From Octopus sinensis (lineage: Eukaryota), in assembly GCF_006345805.1 (NCBI RefSeq), contig NC_043000.1, forward strand, positions 144,708,001-144,772,000: DNA of 64,000 nt, read 5' to 3'. Shown here in pieces: positions 39,297 through 53,413 of this stretch (the stretch's first letter is position 1; each line of letters starts with the position of its first letter). The notes beneath the pieces are model-generated. The model ran no database searches. It saw only the letters and a list, made by a program, of their open reading frames with translations, and was not told the origin of the DNA. The position numbers and the translations under genes are program-made.

Positions 39297-40312
39297 ACAC
39301 ACAACCCCAGAAACAGTGAGGCATTCAACACTATTGTTCAAACTCTCCCTTTACAAACTAGAGATCCAAAAATGAACGACATCCTGAAAACACACAAACT
39401 CTTCAAATGCAAAAAACAAGACAAATCGCTTAAGAGACTACTAACAAATGCGAAGCTTTACAAAAACACCACGAAACCAACGGTTGAAAAATGTGGACGC
39501 CCGAACTGTGGAACCTGCCCCAACCTGCTTGAAGGCTCGGATTTCCTTTTCAAACAAGGACAGCGTTTCACAATTAAAACTAGTTTCACCTGTGCCTCTG
39601 AGATCCTAATTTATGTAATAACCTGCTCGGGTTGCGGTCATCAGTACATTAACTTTGAGAAAGAGAATCACTCTGCATAAGGAGCAAATCCGTTTCCCGC
39701 AATACAGACAAATTCCTCTTAGTGAACACATAGAAAAATGTGCAGGTAACATCAAACAAAATTTCACAGTCTTCCCTTTCTACCAGTGCAAAGTCGCAAT
39801 CTCTCAACTAGAACGCTTATATAAAGAAACTTTTTTCATTGAAAAATACAAAACACGTCTTAATATGCACGCTATACCAACTTTTATATTTTTACATATT
39901 ACATCACTGTACATTAATCCCCTACTAAACTAGGTCTTTTTTTAAAACCTGTCTCTTTTATGTACACATATTTATTCCCCACCCAAAACCTGAACACTTA
40001 TCCCCCTTACACACAACAATAACAATAATAACAACCAATTACCTCCCTTTATTTGTCTACTTGTAAAGTCATTCATTCGTGAATTTCATCACACACAACA
40101 TGGACCAAATTTCTTCTTAAGAAAAAATATATATTCATATAAATTAAACATTATATCATGTATAACGATAGCGAAACCGGTCGATATATTAAAACCTATA
40201 TTAAAACCATGTAAGTGTGCGTATTTTCCTTTTTTAATTTCTTATATACATTACAACCCAGCACGTTGGGATAACCGAAATCCCTCTTTTCTGTTACTAC
40301 TACTACTACTAT
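39296..40312 (+). mobile_element. 5'-truncated Penelope-like element (Neptune-type linker plus GIY-YIG endonuclease) inserted in (TA)n
   Basis: TTHNPRN; KCGRPNCGTC (Cys linker); FTCASEILIYVITCSGCGHQYI; LRKRITLHKEQI; SEHIEKC; RLYKETFFIEKYKTRLN. Frameshift at about 39650; 3' UTR carries a half HHR. Confidence 0.9.
40161..40182 (+). ncRNA. 3' half of a hammerhead ribozyme
   Basis: tat-aacg-ata-gc-GAAA-ccgg-TC (palindromic ACCGGT, GUC triplet). The CTGANGA half is absent. Confidence 0.5.
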
Positions 40313-40368
40313 ATATGTATATATATATATATATATATGTATATGTATATGTATATATATGTATATAT

Positions 40369-40432
<64 letters not shown>

Positions 40433-41389
40433 CATACATGCATACATACATGCATACATCTATATAAGAGGGGTATTCTCAGTTTCCCTCTACAAAATCC
40501 CCTGAGAAGCCCTTGGTCAGTCTGAAGCTATTGTAGAAGGCAGTGAACGAGTTTTCCACACCAGGATGCGTTGCTTTCTATTTGAATATTGATGAAGAAT
40601 TAGGGACATTCCATGTTATCGTTTGTGTATCTACTGTACAATTTTTTCCATTTATCATGTAACGGAACGCAATGCAAGGGGGCTTTTATGTGACTGTCTC
40701 TAGCAATTCCTTTTTTCCTGTTTCTCCTTTCGTCTCTTTCATTTCTCTCTCTCTCTCGCCATCTTCTATTTCTAACCTTTGTTCTTTCTCTTCCTTTTTC
40801 CCTCTACATCCTTTTTTCTCTCTGATTCTCTCTCTCTGCCTCAGTTTCACTGTCTTTCTTCTCTGCTTGCTGCTGACACTTGACCCGTGTCCAGCCTTTC
40901 TGTCTACCGGGTGGCGTAGCTGACCGCTCCTAAATTCCTTGTGTCCCACCGCTCCACGTCTTGCTTTTCGTTGTTTTTGTAATAATTTAAGATTTCCCTG
41001 TAAGCGTTACCTACCATCCGTTTTCTTTTGGCCCTGAGGCCATATTCTGTTCGATTCTTATTTCATTTTTGTCCTTCATCCATCCTCTTAAATTACTACT
41101 TTTGTGGGCGCCGCCAACATGGGAGGCCTCTCAGTCTAACTATTAATGGAGTGAAACTGAATAATAACATCTGGTTCATAACTGATGAAGAATTTGGGAT
41201 CTTCTGTGTCTGTCTCTCCTCATGTTGTGCACTCAATATACGTTCTTCGGTTCACTTCTGCATTCATTATATCCTTTTACTTTTCGTTTGTGTATTTACT
41301 ATACATTTTGCACGCATATATTAGACAATATACCGGACTCTGGCTTTTATTTACAGCTATGCATGTGTGTGTGTGTGTCTGTGTGTGTG

Positions 41390-41518
41390 TACGACTGGCT
41401 TTAGTCAGTTTCCATGTACGAAACCCTCTCACAAGGCTTTGGTCGGCCCGAGGATAGGGTAGAAGACACTTGCCTAAGGTGCCACAGTTGGGGGTGAACC
41501 CGAAACCATGTGGTCAAC
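41390..41518 (-). mobile_element. SINE family A fragment
   Basis: ctcacaaggctttggtcggcccgagg.atag..gaagacacttgcctaaggtgccac matches the 56218-56624 copy. Confidence 0.85.
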
Positions 41519-42256
41519 AGATAAATAAATAGCATTGAACATATTATTGTTAATAACCCTGCGTTAACAACTGCTTCTGAGAAGAGGACTAGTACTAATT
41601 CTTTAACTATGAGTACCGCATACATGTGAAAAAATGCCTTTGTAATTTCAAAAACAAAATTAACATTTCTTTAGAAAATCCTTGTTTGAGGATGCAGTGT
41701 ATCAATGTAAGGTCATTAGTGATGATCTACGTACTATTACCTAGGTACGTCTGCTATAATTAGGAAATTTGGATCACAAAATCCCTCTCATTCATTTAAG
41801 TATAGAAGAAAAAGTAATTCTCCTAATCTTAGTAAATGCATTTGGTGTTTCAATGAGCGAAAAATGAATTATTGCTTTATGTGGTCTGTTATTAGATACG
41901 TTCCATCGTAAAATACAGGTAATCTTAAACGTGATAATTTCCTGGAGGAATTATATAATTATTTCTAGATTAGTATTACTAGATAATAAAAGTAATTTTA
42001 CATTCAAATCTTCTCATTAATATGGAAGAACATTTAAGTATTTTAATACTAAATAACACGTTAATTATAATTTCTTTTCCTCTAATGTAATATGCCTAAT
42101 ATTTCTAGAAATATTTCAGCATATTTAAAATGTCGAAAACTAATTGTCTTAAGTAGAATCCTTATGTTAATTGTTTTGCACTTTCGTTATCTACTGATGT
42201 CATCACAAGTTAAATGATAAAGTAGGTTTTCTTAGGGTATTGGATGTTTTCTGAAC

Positions 42257-42342
<86 letters not shown>

Positions 42343-43402
42343 TTATCTTTATGCCATGATCTTTCCGTGGAATAAGTTTACAAATGCGGGGAAAAAAAGG
42401 AAATAATAAATATAAGGAAAGAAAAGAAAATTGGGTGGGTATGGGTCACATACCCTGGAATAGAGAAATATGTTGTTTGAGTTTGGATCAGAAAAGAGAA
42501 ACAAAAGAGAAAATCTGGTTATCATGACACAAGCAAGATTCCTTGACATCGGAAACAGATTGCATTCTCGCACAACACAAATATGAAATTGACGATGTAC
42601 TGGTAGTTAAATGGCACATACTGTAGGACATCACATTAGTAGCACGATTCAACAATGATAATCATTTCCTAAAAGCTCAGATCTTTTCGGTAAAATCGGA
42701 GATAAAACGGCTCTGCACATCTCAATGATGAATCAACGCGTCAATATCTTTCTTGGCGAACAATTTTCAGGAAACTTTTAAGAGGGAAATTTAGAGTCCA
42801 CTTGAAGTCCTCTATAGACTGGAAAAATTGATGCTGGCTGCAGAGGAAAGGAAAAGTTTTAAAATATGCAAAATATAGCTTGCATTCATACGTTAACCTT
42901 TATAAACCATCAGCGAAATTGATCTCCTGCGTCATAATTGTTTTACGATTCAGTCGTTCTCTGAATGAGAGTAAAAAATACTGCTTCAATAGAAAGGTGA
43001 ACACATTTCGTCCCATAAACTTTTTTGTCACTTCTATAAGCTGTTTACAACGTTCACTGACACCAGACTATCGAAATAAGTTCACGATTAATATACGAGA
43101 AATCAAGCAGATTTCCATAGGAAATACATTACGATAAATCACATACACACTATAACACACAACAGTGTGACATAATATATTTTCCTGTGTATCTCCTTTG
43201 CTGATTATGAACAGACTTTGATAGCGTCGTTAAATCTGTAGAAATATAAAGTGTCACGATACAATGCATTGAAATGATCAGTGATTTGAAATATTGATGC
43301 ACAACAGAGATAGCTCTGCTGTCATCACCAGTAATTTCTGTTCCACAGTGAAAAGCAGCATTGAAACATTGTTTCGAGAGGTGTATATATATATATATAT
43401 AT

Positions 43403-43738
43403 ATGGCTCAGTGGTTAGAGCGTCGAGCTTACGATCGTGAGGTTGTGAGCTCGAATCCCGGACCGGGCTGCGTGTTGTGTTCTCGAGCAAGGCACTTTAT
43501 TTCACGTTGCTCCAGTTCACTCAGCTGTAGAAATGAGTTGCGACGTCACTGGTGCCAAGCTGTATCGACCTTTGTTTTTCCCTTCGATAACACTGGTGGC
43601 GTGGAGAGGGGAGGCTGGTATGCATGGGCGACTGCTGGCCTTCCATAAAAACAACCTTGCCCAGACTTGTGTCTAGGAGGGTAACTTTCTAGGTGCAATC
43701 CCATGGTCATTCATGACCGAAGGGGGTCTTTACCCTTT
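43403..43738 (+). mobile_element. tRNA-derived SINE (family C1)
   Basis: A box tggctcagtggttagagc and B box gagctcgaatccc; core gcactttatttcacgttgctccagttcactcagctg. Confidence 0.88.
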
Positions 43739-43772
43739 ATATATATATGGGTTCCATTTGTTAAGCATTGTG

Positions 43773-43816
<44 letters not shown>

Positions 43817-44194
43817 CACGAAATCCTACTTCAGTGCTTCGGACAGAAGATAATTTATCTACATGTTCTTCATGTTTAGGGTGTATATGATGCTTTGTTA
43901 TTGCATGTGTCCTTAAATTATACGACAAAATATATGAATACACGCAGATGCGCCCGGCTTGTTTATGTAGACGTATATATTAATTTGTGATCATACATGA
44001 ACGTGTGTACGATGCAGTATACCTGTGAATGCGTATGGTTCGTCGTTATCTTCACAGAATGTACACGGTTGTGTGGGAGAATCTATTATATTTTCATATC
44101 CACATAGTTGTATATGCCTGTTACATCGCTTCCAATTGTTGGCCCCTGTAATTTTTATATTTTCCGTACGAAGACCAGCTTTATTAAGGCTGCA

Positions 44195-44432
44195 AATATT
44201 GCAGTAAATATAAGTGACCCGTCGGCATCTTCACTATCTCGTCCGGCAGCTTATTCCACGGATCCGCAACCCGGACGAAGAAAGCCCCTCTCCTTCGATG
44301 AAATCATTGCAGATAGAGCTTTTCGGAGTGACCCCGCAGCCGACGCTCTTGAGCAGGAGAGAAGAACAGCTCTTTCGAGAGGTTACACTTTCCGCTTATG
44401 ATGTTGTGAGCAAGAATGAGATCACCACGGCG
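44195..44432 (-). mobile_element. CR1-clade LINE 3' fragment
   Basis: Minus strand: RRGDLILAHNIISG..ELFF..RLRGHSEKL..AFFVRVADPWNKLPDEIV, the typical CR1 ORF2 C-terminus. Confidence 0.85.
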
Positions 44433-46427
44433 TGACGTTTTTATATTGTCATGATGGTTTACATTTAGATCAGACCAGCGTTAATAATGTATACCAGCAA
44501 CATGTGTGTGTTTGTGTGTGTGTGTGTGTGTCATTAGGTATGTATTATCAATGTATTATATATACATGTAGATATTACGCTCAATGAACCACGTATTAGT
44601 GCCATTCTCGTAAAAGTACATATTTTCATTTATCGTGGCACACTTTAAAATATAACTCATCATCTTTGATATGGCATTCGTCGACATTTACCAGCATCTG
44701 TATAATTACGGTGATAGTGATTATTTGGAATGATTCGTATCAGTAATAACCTCTTCAGCATTAAATATGAACAAAACTTCTGTCGCTTCTAACGTCGCTG
44801 TTATCACCTTTACCTTGTTTTTGGCCTCCACCAACACTGCTATAGTCGTCGCCTCCACTCTCATTTCCACCAACACCACCGCCGTTGTCTTTCAATTGTC
44901 TTTTGTTGACTCTTATATATTAGAGTTGAAGACAATCTATTACATTCGAAATCAAACCAAGATGACATTATGGGAAACACACATGACACTAACCGGATAT
45001 GGTTACGTTTATGCTAGGAGTCTTTTCAATTGTTTCCAACCATCAACCAACTCTAGTGAATTATATTCGCTATTTGAACTATCTAGTGGATTTCGCATTG
45101 TCTTGTTTCTCTGCCTTTATAATTTTTATTCTTCTTTTAATTTTTGTTTACTTTATATTTGTAATATGGTTTACTATCAATTGGTTTAATTTCCTTATCC
45201 ATTAACTAACTAACATTTTATATGAGAATGTATTATCAATCTTTCAGTTAACAATAGACATTGACAAAATGATACTTGAGTGAGTGTCGTTAATTTATTT
45301 AAACAAATTCTATGCTGAAATTGTCTCGTAATAGTGTTACTAAGAAAGTTGCTGCTAATGTTCTAGCATAACTGGTAACTCCCACTGAGATAAAGTCTGA
45401 AGGATAAAACTACAATACAATTCGTTTTAGATGATTAAATCGGATAACCTATTCCTTAAATTTTATAAAAGTTGAAATCATTTCATTTCCCTTCCATAGA
45501 AATACTGAAAGTTTGCACAATGTAAACCCAAAACAATGTCTGTTTTGCATTGCTAGTGATTGTTTTAATAAGTGATACTAAATATAATATTATTCTAAAC
45601 AATTCTCTTATTATAATTGCTTGAGAAACAGCCATCATATTAGATGAAAATGTATGCACTATTTCCAGAATTTATCTTCCAAATATATAACATAAATTTA
45701 CATGCAATTAAATTAAGGAATTTGGAAATAAATTAGATGTGAATAAGGATGGGAAAAAAAAAATATGCATCAAATATTATTTTAGGGAAATAATATTTAT
45801 TTGTCTAAAAGTCGTAAAAGTCGTGCGAAATGGATATTGTATGACAGCTATATAATAATTAATTTTGCTATTAATTACTCAGTCAAATACAATTACGAGA
45901 AGCGTTAAATTAAAAAACAAATAATGTTTCCTGTTATTTCTACTTCATATCAAGCCTGGAAGTTTAGTTTTAATGTGCCAAGACGTAAGCTAAACTAATA
46001 TAATCAGCGTTCCACCTGCTGAGAACATTTAAGATTACAAAGTCTGATTAGGAAAATAGTCTGAACATGTGGTGAGCTTTCAGATTTCACTATGAATTCT
46101 GGGAATATTGCAATTTATGGCTATATTCTGGAACATAATAAACATTAGGAATCGATACGGTTATATGGGCATGTATCATGCACATATATGTTTACTTTTG
46201 AAACAAAGTTAATCTCAAATGTAAGACACTATAACCTGAATGACAGATTGAAGTCATATGATGCTATCTGCTTCTCAGTGTCATGCCCAACACCACAGTC
46301 AGAAGTGATTGTGCTTGTCTATATGTGAATATTCCTATAAATATATATATATATGTGTGTGTGTGTACAGATAGATAGATAGATAGATAATATATATTTA
46401 TATATATATATATATATATAAGCTCGT

Positions 46428-47503
46428 TTAGTATGACATTTGTAGAAAAGAAAAAAAGTTTGCCAATATTTTATAAATACAATAAATAGTTTTATTCATA
46501 AATGTATGCACTATGTTGTCAATACCCTTTTGACGTTTCACCGGTAGCTGGTCCAGCCTGGAACTGTAAGAGCCTGGCAATCTAGAGTCAAAAATATTTT
46601 GGAAGGGCTGTTTTACAGCATCGCCGCAATTATTTTTCCTATGAAATGTCATTTTTGCAATGTGTAGTCTGCTGTTGTCTTGCAATAAAATAGGAATCGA
46701 TCTGCTAACTAATCTTGTTTTTTTTTGTAAGCTTCTGCATCATTTTGTCCAGTTGGCTGCAGTATACTTCGGCCGTGATTGATGAGCCAGTTGTAATGAA
46801 ATCATAATGGATCACAACAGACCACCAGACACACACATCAGCTTTTTTGATGAAGTTTGTTTTTTGGACTGTGTTTTGGAGGCTCGTCTTTGTCCAACCA
46901 TTTTGCTGAACGGTTAACGTAGTATTGGATCTATTTCTCATCACATGTTACAATTCGATTCAAAAATTATTCATTTGTGTGACGAGAAATCCACGTTTCC
47001 AAACATTGCTGTTTCTGATTTGCAGTGAGTTCATGTGGAACCAGATTATCCAAATTTTTCACTTTACCGATTTGAAATTGGTGGTTGAACATTGTTCGCC
47101 TGTTAACATCAAACAACAATGATAATTGACGGGCACTTTACGATGGATCTTACTCAAGGATGGCTTTCAGTTCGTCATGAAACACCTTTGTTTCTGGTCG
47201 TCCGCATTGCTCATTTTTGAAGTCAAAGTTGCCATTACGAAATTTTGCATACGAATGTGATACTGTTTGCTCTCTAATAACATTAGAATGAAATACTCCA
47301 TTAATATTCCGAGCTGCCTGCGATGCTGTATTTCCAAGAAAGAAACCATATTTCAAAATTGTACGAATTCGAGTTTATCCAACTATAAACAAGAATACCA
47401 AAGAAGAAAAAAAAAATTATAAATAATCTATACAGAGCAAAATGAGTAGCTGTCACAATTTACCATATATCTTACTACAAATTTCATAGTTGACGACCTA
47501 ATA
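46428..47503 (-). mobile_element. Decayed mariner transposon
   Basis: KYGFFLGNTASQAARNIN..FRNGNFDFKNEQCGRPE; VPHEL; DEK*I; VWWS; LQDNSRLH. TIR-like end tattaggtcgtcaactatgaaatttg at about 47478-47503 (minus). Confidence 0.9.
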
Positions 47504-50500
47504 TATATTTAACTATATATACATTTATCCATACACACATATATTTATCGATATGTACACACACACGCACATATATATATATATATATGCATTTATTTTC
47601 TCATTTCTATACGTATATATATCCAGATATAATGTTGGTAATATTATGCTCACTAATCTTAGGATGGAATATTTGATGATGAAAATCGCTTCATCCAAAT
47701 AGTAAGAAAATGTTCTTCATCGATATTTTATGTATGGAGAGCATACTCTTTTGTGACAAAAAATTTCTTGAAACATCATTTTGTATGGGTACAAGTGCAA
47801 TAAAACATATATTACATACAAGAAGGAGTAATTAGATCGTTGTATTACTAAAGTTTAATTTGAAATTGTGCCACAGTAGTAAAAGTTTTCATCCTGATCC
47901 TTAGGTGAATACCTTAATTATAGGGTGTATAGATCATTTTCATCAGGTTAATCTATACTTTCCGTCCTTTTTAACTATGTGTAGCATTTATATATTAGCA
48001 TTTATAATATAATAAGTTCATTACAATTATTAAGGAATTCATCCCGATGGAATTATCGAAATCGTTTTCACTAGGATTACAATCGTCAACTTTAAAGTCG
48101 ATTATACTTGTTTATTTATAAATCTATATTCTTTTTTAGTTGAACAAAATTTCTGCTTGTTGAGTTGTTCCGCAACCCGAAGTCTGACTTCCTAATCTAC
48201 GTTTCAAACCCTGTTATTTCCCACACCACGTCTTGGTGTATGAATTCTGCATCGCATTTTATAAATAATATATAACATTCTTATAAGTTACGCCTAATCA
48301 ATTTCAAAACGTAAACTGTATATGTGTGTGGGGGGAAGAGCCTTTTTATATGCCCGTGTATGTGTGTATGTGTGCGTATGCATAGAGGCAATATTTTGAA
48401 CACTAATTGTCCATATTCACACGCTGTGTTGAGAAGTATCTACATTTTGTTAGTTTACCTTACAGATTTCATGCTGTTTTGCCTTTATAAAAATAATAGT
48501 TAGCTCACGAACATAAACAATTATTTGAAGAAGATGCGTATATTTTGACTAATTCTATAACTTTAAAATGGGCCAGCCACAAAATCATCCCACAAATAAC
48601 GGTGTCTCATATCAATATAGAGTGTTTGTAAAATATTTCGTCACAAAGACTCGAAGAAACATAACCCATAATCCCCTCACACATTTGTATATACATTATT
48701 ATATTTGAAAATACGCGTATCAGTGCGCATGTTTGTCTAAATATAGAAGAATTAATACGAAGGAGTGCATAATAAAGGGTACTACAACATAGGTAAATTC
48801 CCCACGTTCAAAACATAATATTCATATAGTTCCTTCAAATTTCTTTTATTGTTTCTGTTTTGATATAGAGATCGTACACATGACCAAATGTCAATGATAT
48901 GAATATCGGTACGTTCCTCCAGAACTGTAGCAAAACCAATCCTGCATGAAAATCAAAATCTTGTGTTGAGAAAGTACTTCAGTAAAAAGATTTTCTCGAA
49001 AGAAAGGACCAAGAATCGTGGCGAATACAGGATATTTGCAATGGGACAAATATTGGAGATGATTGAAAGAGATCGAGAATACTACTCAACTAAATGGCAC
49101 ATATAAAGCTATCATGCAATCATTTAAATTAAGTGAATTGAAATTGCATTCAACTATATTTACTAGAATAAACTTGTACTCTTGGAAGATACTTCTGAAT
49201 TAATTGGTAAAATGTTGCCCTCTTATATCTATATAAACCGCATCATATACATAGCATCATTTGACAAGAGACTGAATCAATAATGTAAACATACATATTG
49301 CTACGGATACTGGGTCTGATATAAAGTAAATATAGATTGGAACAGTAATAAGAAATTGAGGATTCTTCAGGTAATTTGACTCTTCGTGCAATTACTTAAT
49401 TATTTCTACGTAAATATGTCCAAATTTTTAATTTGAAAAGCGGCTAAAGAACCCATACTAATTTAATATTACTTCTCACTTCAATTCTTTCAACGCCTTC
49501 ACAAAAGCACCATGCCTACACTTTTGTATATATTTGTTTTCAATCTCTTCTCGTCGTATTTATAGCTAGCCATAATTATTACTTCTTCGTCTCTAATATT
49601 ATTTCTGACTAATGAATAGTCATGTCTATGAACATTGAAGTATACCAATGAATAAACTATAATACAATAAAGTGTTCATTTCAGGTGAAGCACTGCAATG
49701 TGTATAGATATGGCAATAAATTCAATACTAGTAGAAGCATTTATTTTAAACACTAATATAATGAAAGCAATAGATGTGTCAGTAAAATTAGAACTATGGC
49801 GCTAAATATCATTTTCTAATATTGTCTGTGAAATGTGATTTAAACATTGAGTATTGTTGCAAAAAATATTTAGAAGAAATAATATATGAACTACGTATAT
49901 ATGAGAGTAAACATTAAACCTATTTAGAAAATAATGAGATAGATGGAGATGAAACGAAAGAACTTGAAAAATCAAAAGTCAACAGTCTAGACAATGATTT
50001 ATGAAATACGAACTTCCTTGATAAATGTCAAAAGATAGCGTAAAAAATTAAGCTGAGATAAAATCATATTCTGACTGTTACAAAAGTATATTTACCATAG
50101 CATATGCATTCGTGTACACATACGTAGGCACATACATACATGCATACATACACAATCACATATATGTATGTTTGTAGGTGTGTGCGTGTGTGTTCAAGTA
50201 CATATATGTATGTCCGAACGCTTTTATGATTGCGTGTTACTGCTTGATCAACTTACTGTAGGGAAATGAAGTAAAAATATCCAAATCCAGAGAAGGGATA
50301 CGAGTGATATTTACAGTTCTTGGGATACAAAAGCAGCTACTTAAGCGTTGCGTAGGTATCTAAATGTACAGTCGAGAACAAATCAATAGCTTAGTAGCTT
50401 CAAAACGTCAAGTTCAGAAAAATTGTCTCCCTTGAAGAAACAAGTATGAATGTTAAAAGCCAATGCAAGCGAATTAACATCAAAGACATTGTAACATATA

Positions 50501-50517
50501 TATGTATGTATGTATGC

Positions 50518-50560
<43 letters not shown>

Positions 50561-50562
<2 letters not shown>

Positions 50563-50712
50563 TTCACCAAAAATTTAGATTCAAATGAATATGGTACTTA
50601 ATTTAGATGCTCCAGAATTCTGTATGGTGCTATCCATATAAATCCGTGGGGTGAGTATAATCAAAATAAGCAACAACAGTAACTCCGGAGTTATTCTTGT
50701 TGCTTATTTTGA

Positions 50713-50714
<2 letters not shown>
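50561..50714. repeat. Cassette ending in a 52 bp loopless palindrome, between (TA)n tracts
   Basis: tcaaaataagcaacaacagtaactcc|ggagttattcttgttgcttattttga (50661-50712), 24 of 26 positions complementary. Confidence 0.9.
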
Positions 50715-50755
<41 letters not shown>

Positions 50756-51657
50756 TATGTACGCGGTCTCGTATAAACACTCTACCGTATATACAGAAAG
50801 CCATATCACACACACATACATATGCCAATGAAAATTCAATTGTTTTTTTCCGATATTTATTTAAGTATTTATTCAATCTGCACAGTGATGTTAATTGTGT
50901 TATGTATTTTGACTTTCGAGTTCAAATTGCACCAGTGTACATTTACTGTATCGACCTTTTGAGTCCAAAACTACGCTTACTGCTACACACTTCTTTGACA
51001 GAACTCATATTTTTTTTCTTTTTAATAACACGAAATATAATTATACCTGACGATAATTTCTATTTCAATTTAATTTTAATTTTCATCATTTCCATTTACT
51101 TTATTGTCGCTTCCGCTGTCTACATACTTCGTTAGTTCGTAATTCAATAAGGTAAGAATGCATAATAATTTCATTTCTGTAAATAAATATAATTTGTTTG
51201 ATTGGCAGAAAACACAGGGGAACCACTGTCTACTGTATGACACAATCATCTTGCAAAATACAGCTGAAGAAATTCCAAAATTTTCCCAGAAATCTAAATG
51301 TAAACCAAAAAAAATTCTAAATTCCTGTGGTATATACAAGGCAAGAGAATGTCATAGCATGCTGGAGCGTTATAAAATATATTTTGCAGTTATTAAAATT
51401 ATATTATTCAACGAAAATTTTTAATTATGTTTTGTTTCTCAAATTTTGAAGAGGGAAAAATAATCAATGAGTTTCTGATAATAAAATATAACAGAAAATA
51501 TCTTTTAATTCTTTTTTTCATGTAATTATGAATTTATACTAAAATGGAAACAAAAATCCAATGAAAATCATTGAAAATCAGTAGAAAAACAACTTGGAAA
51601 CAAAGAGCAATATTCTAACAGTATCAAACACATCTCTCTTAATACTCTGCTACTTTA

Positions 51658-51857
51658 AAGCGGCGAGCTAGCGGAAACGTTAGCACGCCGGGCCGTATTT
51701 TGTCTGTCGTTACATACTGAGTTCAAATTCCGCAGATGTAGACTTTGCATTTCGTCCTTTCGGAGTCGATAAATTAAGTCTCATTTGCGCACTAGGGTCG
51801 ATTTAATCGAATAGCTCTTCCCAAAACATTTCAGACCTTGTACCTAGAGTAGAAAAT
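51658..51857 (+). mobile_element. SINE family B (short form)
   Basis: gcggcgagctagcggaaacgttagcacgccggg...gagttcaaattccg...gtcgataaattaagt. Confidence 0.85.
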
Positions 51858-52088
51858 AAAATAAAATAAAATAATATTTTTCCACTATAATGAAGGAAAT
51901 GCATACGGCATGATATAATGTTCAACAGACGGTGTTAATATACATCTCGGAAATCATAAACCTCTTTGTTTAGGTGATAGACTCATGAAGAATGATACAG
52001 AGATGAGTAAAATTCAAAGGAAATGCATCTGTGAGAAGTACAAGTAATCAATAATTAAGATGAGGAGATTCAATGAATATTATATATG

Positions 52089-52125
<37 letters not shown>

Positions 52126-52139
52126 ATTTATATATATAA

Positions 52140-52195
<56 letters not shown>

Positions 52196-52208
52196 TATAT
52201 ATATAATT

Positions 52209-52523
52209 GAGGGCGCGTGGCTTAGTGGTTAGGGCATTCGGCTCATGATCGTAAGGTTGTTGAGTTCGATTCCCGGCGACGCGTTGTGCCTTGACACACA
52301 CTTTATTTCACGTTGCTCAGTCCACTCAGCTGGCAAAAATGAGTTGTACGTGTATTTCAAAGGGTCAGCCTTGTCACTCTCTGTGTCACGCTGATTACCC
52401 CGAGAACTACGTTATACGGATACACGTGTCTGTGGATGCTCAGCCCTTTGACGTTAATTTCACGAGCAAGCTGTTCCGTGATCGTATCAGCTGGGACCCT
52501 CGTCGTCTTAACCGGCGGAGTCT
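52209..52523 (+). mobile_element. tRNA-derived SINE (family C2)
   Basis: A box tggcttagtggttaggg, B box gagttcgattccc. Core shared with 43403; 3' tail shared with 57394. Confidence 0.88.
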
Positions 52524-52981
52524 TTAATATATATATATATAACAGTGTAGGTGTATGTGACACACAAAGAGCAAGACAGTGCTTGTCTATCGACACAAGA
52601 ACGATATGGTGTATAAGACTTTCGAAATTAATGAAGCACAACATAATGTTTATATGTGTCCAACACATTCAATTCCCAGGTTAAATGTATATTGATGCAT
52701 GCAGGCAACCCATACACATATACACATACATGGATACATGGATCATATGTGATTGCCAAAGAACCCAAACGAAGAAATTCACGTGCAGAGGCATGTTCAC
52801 TCGCATGCACAAACGCGTGTTTGTGGACGCGGATGGGTAGGATCGGTGGGTAAATAAATACATTTAGGAGTATTTATTCGGTAGAAAATGTATTAAATAT
52901 ATGCCATGTTCCATAGAGACTCAAAACAGCATATCCTTTCTGCGTATCTCTCTCACCAGGCGTATATATATATATATATAT

Positions 52982-53027
<46 letters not shown>

Positions 53028-53056
53028 TAATATATATATATATATATATATATATA

Positions 53057-53413
53057 CGTAGTTATTAGAAGGTTTGGAATTAATGTACAATATTTTATAT
53101 TAGAAGAATTGAGGTACTCAGAAATTCGGATGGTTTTATATTTGCATATATTTATTTGTATATCACATGTTTGTATACATCATAAAACTTATATCACATA
53201 TCATATATCATATATCATATAATAGAGCTTTCGTCTATTGGTCAAAATTTATCCAGAGGAACTTAGTTCAATTTGAAAACTCGACCAGACTGGACAAAAG
53301 CGCTAATATATTTTACATGATATAAGTTATATGATGTATAAAAACAGGCAATATACAAATAAATATCTGTAAATATAAAATCATCCGAATTTCTGAGTAC
53401 CTCGTTTATTCTA

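Noticed and set aside
41178-41215. actgatgaagaatttgggatcttc as an HHR 5' half
   Set aside because: No GAAA or helix III follows; it cannot be supported without a family consensus.
43403-43475. tRNA gene (also at 52209, 57394, 59582)
   Set aside because: A and B boxes are present, but there is no full cloverleaf and each continues into a multi-copy SINE body.
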